This document shows, in pieces, positions 1-7,550 of a stretch of 64,000 nucleotides of DNA (the first letter of the stretch is position 1; each line of letters starts with the position of its first letter). This stretch comes from a virus. The stretch lies in the IMG/VR virus record IMGVR_UViG_3300045988_090087. The stretch is one strand, 5' to 3'. Position numbers and translations under genes: made by a program. Below the pieces are notes generated by a model. That model worked only from the letters and a program-made list of their open reading frames with translations. It made no database searches and was not told the origin of the DNA.

Positions 1-234
1 ATTGCTGAGCCTATGAGTAAGATTGGCAATATGACAGTTTATGGAACTAATGGTTCTGAGGCTTCTGGTATTTCTGGTAATGTGCCTGCTATTATTAAGC
101 AAACCCGTGACATTGTAAAAGATGCCACAGGTGTAGATATGGCAGACATTATGAAGGCTAACACCATTGATGCTAAGGTTAACAAGAATGTTAACGTTAA
201 TGGCGACGTAGAAAACACCAATGTAAATGTATAA
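1..234 (+). CDS. hypothetical protein, C-terminal part (frame open to window edge)
   Basis: Frame of ORF 13..234 has no stop back to nt 1; TAA at 232-234; terminator hairpin follows. Confidence 0.5.
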   Translation: MAEPMSKIGNMTVYGTNGSEASGISGNVPAIIKQTRDIVKDATGVDMADIMKANTIDAKVNKNVNVNGDVENTNVNV

Positions 235-248
235 ACATTAAGTATCAC

Positions 249-278
249 AGAGGAAGAGTTATTCTCTTCCTCTTTTTC
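249..278 (+). terminator. rho-independent terminator
   Basis: 10-bp stem agaggaagag/ctcttcctct (249-258/264-273) followed by T-run. Confidence 0.6.
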
Positions 279-295
279 TAACTTTTAAAAATTTT

Positions 296-2329
296 ATGGA
301 ATACTTAGATTTTAGAAATCTTGTTACAAAAGCATGTAATAAGATGATTAAAGAGAATAAACATCTCTTTATTCTTGACACTCAAAAAGAGTTTTTATGG
401 ATGGCTTATATGGAATCTTTCCCTGAAGGAGCCGTACGTCAAGAATTTAACTGTGTAAATTGTAAACATTTCATTACTCGCTATGGAGCATTAGTCTCTG
501 TAGATGAGAATTATAAAATACATTCTTACTGGGAGGATGTTCACGCTGAAGGAATGTTTGCTAAAGTTGTAGACAATATGTTACAAGTGCTTAAAAATAC
601 TAAAATTAGAAATGCATTTGTTACAGAAGAGACTACAATGGGTTGTAAATGTAATCAGCAGATACTACCTTCTAAAGAAATAATTACTTGGAACCATTTT
701 TATGCTACTCCTACAAGTAATTTAATTATGGATAAGTCTCAGACTCCAACATTCCGTGCAGGTGCTAAATCTTCACATGATGTATGGATAAGAACTTTAT
801 CTGAAATTAACTATAATTCTGTACAAACAGTATTAGACTTAATTGCAGATGATAACCTCTATAGAGGTGACACTTATCTACGTCAAGTGAATGCTTTAAA
901 GACTGCTCTTGATACAATAGAGAATAAGCACTTGGAAGGTTTTGAGTTAGATAATTATGCTTGGATATCTTCTTGTGTACTTCCTGATGCTGTAACACAT
1001 ATACTTAATAGTGCTATAGGTCAGCTTCTTAAAGACATAACTGATACTAACAATGTTGAAAGTTCAGTTAAGAAGTTTGAAGCTATGGTTGCTCCTTATA
1101 ATTATAAGAGACCTAAAGGTATTATCACTAAAACTCAGGTAGAAAATGCTTATAAAACTGTAGTAGAACTTGGCTATGAAGATTCTTTAGAGCGTCGTCA
1201 TGCTAAAGTAGAAGATATATCTATTGAAGATGTTATCTTTGTAAATAGAGAAACTCGTAAGAGAATGTTAGGAGGATTTGATTCTCTTATGAATGAAACT
1301 TCTAATACTAGCAAAACTGCTACAGACTTTGAGAAGACTGCGATTCCAACAACTATGGAAGAGTTCCTTAATAATATTGTTTCTAAGGCTAGTAAGCTTG
1401 AATTATTCTTTGACAATAAGTTAAATAATAATTTAGTAACTCTTACTGCCCCAGTTAATAAAGAAGCTCCTTCTATGTTTAAATGGAATAATGGGTTTGC
1501 TTGGGCATATAATGGTAATATCTCTGATGCTATTAAACAACGTGTTAAAGAAGTAGGAGGTAAGGTAGATGGCTATATGAGAATCTCTCTTCATTGGTAT
1601 AATTACGATGATTTGGATTTACATATGAATAGTCCTTATGGACACATTTATTATGGTAATAAAGTAGACCTTCTCGATGTAGATATGAATGCCTGTGGAG
1701 GTAGTGCTTTTGAAGAACGTAATAATCCTAAGAAATTCTCTCGCAATGCTGTAGAAAATATCATTTTCTCAGGAATTCCTAAAGCAGGTACTTATAAAGT
1801 ATTTGTTAACAACTTTGCTAAAGTTGAAAATATTGATTTAGGATTTGAAGTAGAAGTAGAACTTAATGGAGTTGTTCATACTTATGTGTATGATAAAGAC
1901 GTCCCTCATGAGAGCGATGTTCCAGTATTAGACTTTACTTCTAATGGATGTGAAGTTATCTTTACTAAAGAACATTTAAGTAGTACTACAGCATCTAAAG
2001 AAATTTGGGGAGTAAAGACTCAGAACTTCATTGAAGTATCTGCTATATGCTTATCTCCAAATTACTGGGGAAATAATAAGGTAGGTGCTAAGCACTATTT
2101 CTTTATGCTGAAGGATTGTAAGAATCCAGATGCTGTTCGTGGATATTTTAATGAGTATCTTAAAGACGAACTCACTAAAAATCATAAGAGAGTATTTGAA
2201 GTATTAGCATCTAAAGCTTTGACTCCTTATGATGATAATCAGATGAGTGGTTTAGGATTTATAGCTACTTCTCGTAATTCACTTATGGTTAGAGTAGATT
2301 CAGGTAAAATTTATAAAGTAAACATTTAA
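296..2329 (+). CDS. hypothetical protein (677 aa)
   Basis: Uninterrupted 2-kb ORF with ATG start and TAA stop; no motif I can assign by eye. Confidence 0.7.
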   Translation: MEYLDFRNLVTKACNKMIKENKHLFILDTQKEFLWMAYMESFPEGAVRQEFNCVNCKHFITRYGALVSVDENYKIHSYWEDVHAEGMFAKVVDNMLQVLKNTKIRNAFVTEETTMGCKCNQQILPSKEIITWNHFYATPTSNLIMDKSQTPTFRAGAKSSHDVWIRTLSEINYNSVQTVLDLIADDNLYRGDTYLRQVNALKTALDTIENKHLEGFELDNYAWISSCVLPDAVTHILNSAIGQLLKDITDTNNVESSVKKFEAMVAPYNYKRPKGIITKTQVENAYKTVVELGYEDSLERRHAKVEDISIEDVIFVNRETRKRMLGGFDSLMNETSNTSKTATDFEKTAIPTTMEEFLNNIVSKASKLELFFDNKLNNNLVTLTAPVNKEAPSMFKWNNGFAWAYNGNISDAIKQRVKEVGGKVDGYMRISLHWYNYDDLDLHMNSPYGHIYYGNKVDLLDVDMNACGGSAFEERNNPKKFSRNAVENIIFSGIPKAGTYKVFVNNFAKVENIDLGFEVEVELNGVVHTYVYDKDVPHESDVPVLDFTSNGCEVIFTKEHLSSTTASKEIWGVKTQNFIEVSAICLSPNYWGNNKVGAKHYFFMLKDCKNPDAVRGYFNEYLKDELTKNHKRVFEVLASKALTPYDDNQMSGLGFIATSRNSLMVRVDSGKIYKVNI

Positions 2330-2341
2330 TAATTAACAACA

Positions 2342-2710
2342 ATGTACAAAGAAGCATTACAAAAGAAATTACGTTTTAAGACAAACAAGGGTATGATTAC
2401 TACAGAAGATTTGTTCGACTTATCTCTGCAGAATCTTAACACTTTAGCTATTATGCTGGATAAGAAAATTAGTGAGGCTCCTAAGAAGTCTTTCATTGAA
2501 GAGCTTCCAGCTGAAGAAAATGATGATGAACTTCGTTTCAGCATCGTAAAAGATGTAATTAATATTAAATTAAAGGCTCGTAAAGACAATATTAATAGAG
2601 CACAGATTGATGCTCGTAACAAACGTATTGCTGAGCTTATCGCAAAGAAAGAGGACGAAGCTCTTGAGAATAAATCTATTGAAGAGCTTCGTGCTATGAT
2701 TCAGAATTAA
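2342..2710 (+). CDS. hypothetical Lys/Glu-rich protein (probable coiled coil)
   Basis: ORF 12 nt after previous stop; charged heptad-like sequence. Confidence 0.6.
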   Translation: MYKEALQKKLRFKTNKGMITTEDLFDLSLQNLNTLAIMLDKKISEAPKKSFIEELPAEENDDELRFSIVKDVINIKLKARKDNINRAQIDARNKRIAELIAKKEDEALENKSIEELRAMIQN

Positions 2711-2837
2711 AATTTTTAAGATTTTATTTTTAGAAAAAAAATTCACAACTATAATAGCATCAGTAATAAGGAATACTTATTGAACGTTGTGAAACGTGAA
2801 TTATAGTCGTGATAATTAAAAGGAAACTCAATCTTTT

Positions 2838-2868
2838 GAGGGGACTCTATTTAGAGTTCCCTCTTTTG
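2838..2868 (+). terminator. rho-independent terminator
   Basis: Stem gaggggactct/agagttccctc with 4-nt loop, then TTTT. Confidence 0.6.
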
Positions 2869-2875
2869 GTTTATT

Positions 2876-3097
2876 ATGACTAGCAAATTTAAATTGTATG
2901 AAAGTATTGTTTTAGACAATATCAAATTTACAGTTATTAATATTAGTGTAATTCCACAATGTGCTCAATATATAGATAATAAATTTGTCTATTTATTTGA
3001 TTTTAATTATTCTTTAAGTTATGGGGATTACAAGATAGAACTCACAGAGACAGAAATAAATAATTTAATTAAAAATAATAAAGTAAACAAAAATTAA
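2876..3097 (+). CDS. hypothetical protein (73 aa)
   Basis: ORF starting 8 nt after the terminator; no recognisable motif. Confidence 0.45.
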   Translation: MTSKFKLYESIVLDNIKFTVINISVIPQCAQYIDNKFVYLFDFNYSLSYGDYKIELTETEINNLIKNNKVNKN

Positions 3098-3268
3098 CTT
3101 TTATAATTTTTATAGTTAAATTATATTTATATCACAAACGGGTTAGGACTGTTATAGTTACGAATTTCACGATTAACCTGATTCCCAGATGTATATATCT
3201 ATAAATATACTGACTTTTTTGAAGATTTCAACATGAAATTGGAAGGGTCGTACTTACCTTAGTACACA

Positions 3269-3303
3269 GAACCGAGAATTGGGAAGTTCTCGGTTCATTT
3301 TTA
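3269..3303 (+). terminator. rho-independent terminator
   Basis: 10-bp stem gaaccgagaa/ttctcggttc, 8-nt loop, followed by ATTTTT. Confidence 0.6.
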
Positions 3304-3377
3304 AATTTTATTAAAATTATATTTTGAATAATAAAATTTAGATTTATAATAGTCAATACGATAAAAAAGAATAAAAA

Positions 3378-3533
3378 ATGAAGAAATTACTTGTATTTAG
3401 TGTGTTATTTACACTCTTGAGTTGTTCTACTGGTTCAAATAATTCAGTAAATTCAACTTCAAATGATTCTATTAATGTTGATACTACAGTAGTTGATACT
3501 ACTGCTATTGATTCAACTGTATGTCCTGATTAA
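3378..3533 (+). CDS. small putative lipoprotein (51 aa)
   Basis: Hand translation MKKLLVFSVLFTLLSCSTGS...: signal peptide plus lipobox Cys; below ORF-track size cutoff. Confidence 0.5.
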   Translation: MKKLLVFSVLFTLLSCSTGSNNSVNSTSNDSINVDTTVVDTTAIDSTVCPD

Positions 3534-3544
3534 TCAGGACTTTC

Positions 3545-3625
3545 GTCTAGATAGCCAAGTGGTCAACGGCAGCAAGCTGTTAACTTGCCCCGAAAGGTTC
3601 CTAGGTTCGAATCCTAGTCTAGGCG
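3545..3625 (+). tRNA. tRNA with anticodon GTT (Asn codons) on a class-II-like body with a 12-nt variable arm
   Basis: Hand fold: acceptor gtctaga/tctaggc (one G-U), anticodon stem gcaag/cttgc, loop ctGTTaa, T arm ctagg-ttcgaat-cctag, discriminator G, 81 nt. Confidence 0.65.
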
Positions 3626-3636
3626 CAAAGACACAT

Positions 3637-3713
3637 GGAGTATTAAGCCCTGTTGGTAAGGGAACTAGACTGTCACTCTAGTAAAACTAAGGGTTCGAGT
3701 CCCTTATATTCCG
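3637..3713 (+). tRNA. tRNA-Asp (GTC)
   Basis: Acceptor ggagtat/atattcc, anticodon stem ctaga/tctag, loop ctGTCac, T loop ttcgagt; loop and T arm match the canonical bacterial tRNA-Asp pattern. Confidence 0.85.
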
Positions 3714-3858
3714 CAAATAATGGAGAGGACCTAGCATTTAACTAGGCGGTTGTTAGAGGTAGCGGTGGCGATCCACGAGTATGCCTGATAGCTCAATGTA
3801 TTATTAGAATATGGTCACGATAGTTCGCCCGTCTAATGCCATATTCGCCTTTATTTAA

Positions 3859-3931
3859 GCTTCAATAGCACAATTGATAGTGCAGCACTCTTGTAAAGTG
3901 CAGGTTATTGGTTTGAGTCCAATTAGAAGCT
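3859..3931 (+). tRNA. tRNA-Thr (TGT)
   Basis: 73-nt cloverleaf: D stem gcac/gtgc, anticodon stem gcact/agtgc, loop ctTGTaa, T arm attgg-tttgagt-ccaat; one A-A mismatch in the acceptor. Confidence 0.8.
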
Positions 3932-3943
3932 CTTTATTTATAT

Positions 3944-4016
3944 TTGAGGTGAGTGAAACGGCTTACACGTCTGTCTCATAAGCAGAAAACAGTGGGTTCA
4001 ACTCCCACACCTCGAA
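3944..4016 (+). tRNA. tRNA with CAT anticodon (elongator Met or Ile2)
   Basis: Anticodon stem tctgt/gcaga, loop ctCATaa, T arm gtggg-ttcaact-cccac, acceptor ttgaggt/acctcga. G at position 8 is atypical. No GGG/CCC initiator signature. Confidence 0.6.
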
Positions 4017-4055
4017 CTAAACGGTTATTGGTCTGAGTCCAATACCTACAACTAA
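4017..4055 (+). pseudogene. tRNA 3'-half remnant (T arm copy of tRNA-Thr)
   Basis: ggttattggtctgagtccaat matches tRNA-Thr 3904-3924 at all but one position; I could not pair any matching 5' half. Confidence 0.4.
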
Positions 4056-4072
4056 TTAATAAAATAAATAAT

Positions 4073-4549
4073 ATGAAAAAAACTTTTAATTATCAATCTG
4101 ACGCAAACTTTTATGATAAAAAGGATTTTATTATAGCTGTTTTAAAAAGCAAAATAAATAGGTTTAAAGAGTATGATGCTGAAAGAAAAAAGCATTATGC
4201 TGGATTAGAACAAAAAATCGGAGAATTAGAATCCTATATAGATGAATTAGAAAATGGACTTGGTATAGAATCTTTAAATAATAAGATTCAGTCTTTAGAA
4301 AATGAGATTGAGAAACAGAATCTTAAAATTAGAGAGTTAAGAGCTAAAGTTAATATATCTTTATTTGATAATACTAAGTCTTTTAGAGAATTAGAATCTA
4401 TGGCAAATAATTTGAAAGACTTTAATAGCATGAAATTAGCTATTAAAGGTCTCAAAAAACAGCTTAGAGATAATAAAAAAACTATATCTGATTTAGTATA
4501 TGAATTAACACAAGCTAAACTTAAAATAAAACAATTAACTGGAGAGTAA
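4073..4549 (+). CDS. hypothetical coiled-coil protein (158 aa)
   Basis: ORF with repeated LE/IE heptads; lies between tRNA genes. Confidence 0.65.
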   Translation: MKKTFNYQSDANFYDKKDFIIAVLKSKINRFKEYDAERKKHYAGLEQKIGELESYIDELENGLGIESLNNKIQSLENEIEKQNLKIRELRAKVNISLFDNTKSFRELESMANNLKDFNSMKLAIKGLKKQLRDNKKTISDLVYELTQAKLKIKQLTGE

Positions 4550-4559
4550 TCTCCAATTT

Positions 4560-4633
4560 GGGGCGTCGGCTCAAGTGGTCAGCACCTGCTTTGCACGCAG
4601 ACATTCTTAGGAGTTCGAATCTCCTACGCTCCA
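4560..4633 (+). tRNA. tRNA-Ala (TGC)
   Basis: Acceptor ggggcgt/acgctcc with the G3-U70 Ala identity pair, loop ttTGCac, T arm aggag-ttcgaat-ctcct. Confidence 0.8.
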
Positions 4634-4648
4634 CTAAAAAATATAAGT

Positions 4649-5392
4649 ATGAACATTAAAGAACTTACAAATAAAGAATTAATAAAATTATATAAGGAGC
4701 ATAAATGTTCTTTATAGGCTATAGAAAAAGATTTAGGATTAACTAAAAATTAGGCAGGAAGATTATTCAGAGCAAGAAATATTGATTATAAAAGTTTGAA
4801 AAATCAATATTTAATAGATTTAGAAATGGATTATTATAACCATCCAAATGTTTGTAAATATTGTGGAAATCCTTTACCTTACAAATATAAGGGAAGTTTT
4901 TGTAATCAATCTTGTGCGGCTTCCTATAATAACATTTAGAGAAGGACTTCAGAACATAAAAATAAAGGACCCCAAAAAAATTATCATTGTTTAAACTGTG
5001 GTAAAGAACTCAAATATGTTTCTGGAAATTATATGAAATATTGTTCTGCAAAATGTCAGACTGAATATCAACATAAAGAGTATATTAAACGATGGAAAAA
5101 TGGTGAAGAGACAGGTGTTACTGGTAAAACTGATATATCTACCCATATACGTAAATATTTAAAAGAAAAATTTAATAATTCTTGCCAAAAATGTGGGTGG
5201 AATTAGATAAATTATTTCACAGGTTTAGTACCATTACAAATCCATCATATTGATGGAGATTGTTTAAATAATAAAGAAAAAAATCTTTAGTTACTATGTC
5301 CTAATTGTCACGCTTTAACCGAGAATTATGGCAGTAGAAACAAAAATTCAAAGAGAACTTCTAGAAGAATACATTATGAAAATAACTATTGA
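4649..5392 (+). CDS. HNH homing-type endonuclease, readable only with 5 in-frame TAG codons as sense
   Basis: ATG 4649 to TGA 5390-5392. TAGs at 4715, 4751, 4937, 5204, 5288; no other stops. Cys-rich zinc-ribbon pairs and PLQIHHIDGD...NL(TAG)LLCPNCHA HNH core. Confidence 0.8.
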
Positions 5393-5714
5393 TACAGACA
5401 ATTTAGAAACATTAAAGTATAAAACTGAAGATGTTCCTATTTTAATGAAGACTTTCCAACAATTAATAAATAAATTAATGTATGAAGTAATAGGGAATTA
5501 TTATTCTGTAGACAATGTTCCTGAAGATACTCCAAAATGGGTAAAAGAAGAACTACTTAATGTAGGAAAAATCTGTTATATGGATGGGCATATGAATAAA
5601 GAATATGTCTTTAAAGGTATTCAAGAAACATTTGAGGATTATTATTATATATTAGAAGATAATAATAAAAAAATTTCTTATTCTTCATGCGTTGGAAAGA
5701 TATCTTATAAATAA
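5376..5714 (+). CDS. hypothetical protein
   Basis: ORF-track 5328..5714; start moved to ATG 5376 (MKITID...) because upstream codons belong to the HNH gene in another frame. Confidence 0.6.
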   Translation: MKITIDTDNLETLKYKTEDVPILMKTFQQLINKLMYEVIGNYYSVDNVPEDTPKWVKEELLNVGKICYMDGHMNKEYVFKGIQETFEDYYYILEDNNKKISYSSCVGKISYK

Positions 5715-5716
5715 AT

Positions 5717-5794
5717 GCAAGATTAGTGTAGCTGAAGGCGCATATCTGGCTTCCAACCAGAAGGCTTGCGTGGGTTTGATTCCCACATCTTGCA
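5717..5794 (+). tRNA. tRNA-Gly (TCC)
   Basis: Perfect acceptor gcaagat/atcttgc, anticodon stem tctgg/ccaga, loop ctTCCaa, T arm gtggg-tttgatt-cccac; unusually long (8 nt) variable region in my fold. Confidence 0.7.
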
Positions 5795-6194
5795 CTATGA
5801 TAAAGCTCTAGAATACTAGTTACAGGAGCAACGTAACTTATAGGGTGCCTCTCAACGATGCATACTCGCCTATTAGGTGTCGTAGAACCTACGAACTGGA
5901 ATGATTCGATGGTTTTTTGCATTCCTATAGAATCCTAAATAATAAAAATAGAGACCATGTCTCTAACAGGGGTGATTTACCTGGGATTCTTAATTTTTTA
6001 AACTCTCCTCCTAGATATTTTATAAGTTAAACTTTAAATTTGATTTATTATGATGAAAATTTTAAAAAGAACTTTAAAAGCATTTAAGAAGGGTTGGACT
6101 TGGTATGCTAATCAGTATTGTAGATTATACATGCCTCCAATTATTTAATCTTATTATTTAATTTGTAAGTACCAAAGGGGTACTTACTGATGTT

Positions 6195-6223
6195 GAGTCG
6201 GGCAATAAGCTCGACTTTTTTTG
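6195..6223 (+). terminator. rho-independent terminator
   Basis: 8-bp stem 6196-6203/6209-6216 followed by seven T; a second 9-bp hairpin lies at 6165-6187. Confidence 0.7.
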
Positions 6224-6253
6224 TTTGTATACATTTTAAAAATTTTATATATT

Positions 6254-6622
6254 ATGGGAATAATTAACACAATTAAAACAACATTAAATGGTATTAATGG
6301 TGCTACTTGGATTAACAATGTTAAAATAGAAGGAGCACAATCTATTAGTATTAATAATGGCAAAGTTTATGTAAATGGAAATTTAAGAGAAGATCTTAAA
6401 AGTCCATCTATAGAAGTGAAAATAGAGGGTAATGTAACTAGTGTACGTACTGATAGTGGGAATGTCTCAATTACAGGGGATGTTTCAACTGTTAATACAG
6501 CTAGTGGTGATGTATCCTGTAAAGACGTTAAAGGTGGGGTATTAACAATGAGTGGCGATGTTACTTGTGGTAATGTTGGCGGAAATGTTAGTACTATGAG
6601 TGGTGATATATGCCATAACTAA
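6254..6622 (+). CDS. bactofilin-like (polymer-forming, beta-helical repeat) protein
   Basis: Start moved to ATG 6254 (MGIINT...); repeated G-[DN]-V-[ST] units typical of bactofilin/DUF583-type beta-helices (from memory of the family). Confidence 0.45.
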   Translation: MGIINTIKTTLNGINGATWINNVKIEGAQSISINNGKVYVNGNLREDLKSPSIEVKIEGNVTSVRTDSGNVSITGDVSTVNTASGDVSCKDVKGGVLTMSGDVTCGNVGGNVSTMSGDICHN

Positions 6623-6636
6623 AAAGATTATTTATA

Positions 6637-7020
6637 ATGAGAAGATTTAAATTTATATTAATATTATTATGTTTCTTATGCGCTAAAAGTGTTGCTCAAA
6701 CTGTAACTCATGTAACTCTTACTTGTTATCAACCAGTAAAGAGTCAGTGTGATAATAAACCATTAGTTACAGCTGATGGTTCTAAAATTAATTTACATCA
6801 TTTAAAACATAATAAAATCAAGTGGTGTGCTATATCTCGTGATTTACTTTATTTATTTCCAAAGAATAAACCTAAAAAAGTGTTTATAGAAGGATTTGGA
6901 ATATATGAAGTTAGGGATGTCATGAATAAAAGACATAAACATCGTATTGATATATTAATACACCCCAAAAATTCTAAACGAATCAGTATCAAACATGTAA
7001 AAGTTAAAATTCTTAAATAA
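6637..7020 (+). CDS. secreted protein, possible 3D-domain (MltA/RlpA-like) cell-wall enzyme
   Basis: N-terminal signal peptide; pattern TCY..P..Q.D..P..TADG...AIS.DL...I.G.G.YEV.D....R....IDI resembles 3D-domain proteins. Confidence 0.45.
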   Translation: MRRFKFILILLCFLCAKSVAQTVTHVTLTCYQPVKSQCDNKPLVTADGSKINLHHLKHNKIKWCAISRDLLYLFPKNKPKKVFIEGFGIYEVRDVMNKRHKHRIDILIHPKNSKRISIKHVKVKILK

Positions 7021-7448
7021 TGTGTTTATATTTGCGATATAAAGAAGAATGTGTAGCTACTTCTAACATATATGTATGGAAAGCTCTAATAAATTATGGT
7101 AGGTTAGGTTATTATTCACCAATATTTAATTATAGATATAATATAGGAGAAACTTATACATCATACTTAGACAGAAATAAGAATAGTGTATCTGTAGATA
7201 TAGGACTACATTCTTTTGGATATAATATAAAGATAGTAAGTCCTTATGCTGGAAGATATGAATGTCGTGGAGATACACATAATAGTTTTGATATTGATGA
7301 ATCTATTGATACTATAGGTTTATTTATAATTCCTGAAGGAAGTCACTATTATACTGATGGATATTTCTACGCAAGTGATACTTTAAAATTATTAAGAACT
7401 CTTCCAAAAAATAAATTTTTTAATTATATGATGAACAGACGACATTAA
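7020..7448 (+). CDS. hypothetical protein
   Basis: ATG overlaps the previous TAA (TAATG); 142-aa ORF. Confidence 0.6.
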   Translation: MCLYLRYKEECVATSNIYVWKALINYGRLGYYSPIFNYRYNIGETYTSYLDRNKNSVSVDIGLHSFGYNIKIVSPYAGRYECRGDTHNSFDIDESIDTIGLFIIPEGSHYYTDGYFYASDTLKLLRTLPKNKFFNYMMNRRH

Positions 7449-7483
7449 AAGAAATTGTAGAAGCCTTTGATGGCAAAAAGAAA

Positions 7484-7520
7484 GGGACTAGTAAGTTTAT
7501 CTTATTAGTCCCTATTTTTG
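7484..7520 (+). terminator. rho-independent terminator
   Basis: 12-bp stem gggactagtaag/cttattagtccc (one G-U), 5-nt loop, then TATTTTTG. Confidence 0.6.
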
Positions 7521-7550
7521 TATTAGCATTACTAATATTTATTAATTTAA

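Noticed and set aside
3493-3681. 62-aa plus-strand ORF
   Set aside because: It runs straight through two well-folding tRNA genes (3545-3625 and 3637-3713), so it is an artefact of the stop-poor tRNA sequence.
3730-3746. Hairpin cctag-catttaa-ctagg as the anticodon arm of a suppressor or Lys tRNA
   Set aside because: The 26 nt needed for a 5' half would overlap tRNA-Asp. Position 33 would be A rather than U, and I could pair no T arm or acceptor.
4017-4055. tRNA 3'-half copy as a phage attP site
   Set aside because: It copies the phage's own tRNA-Thr rather than demonstrably a host tRNA, and no integrase or excisionase is present in the window.
3768-5872. Shared 9-mer: cgagtatgc at about 3773-3781 and its complement gcatactcg at about 5861-5869, as evidence for a long-range RNA pairing or a repeat family
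   Set aside because: Only nine bases match and the flanks diverge immediately. I cannot exclude chance without a genome-wide k-mer count.
5611-5922. 103-aa minus-strand ORF
   Set aside because: It overlaps tRNA-Gly and the end of a plus-strand gene, and has no start context.
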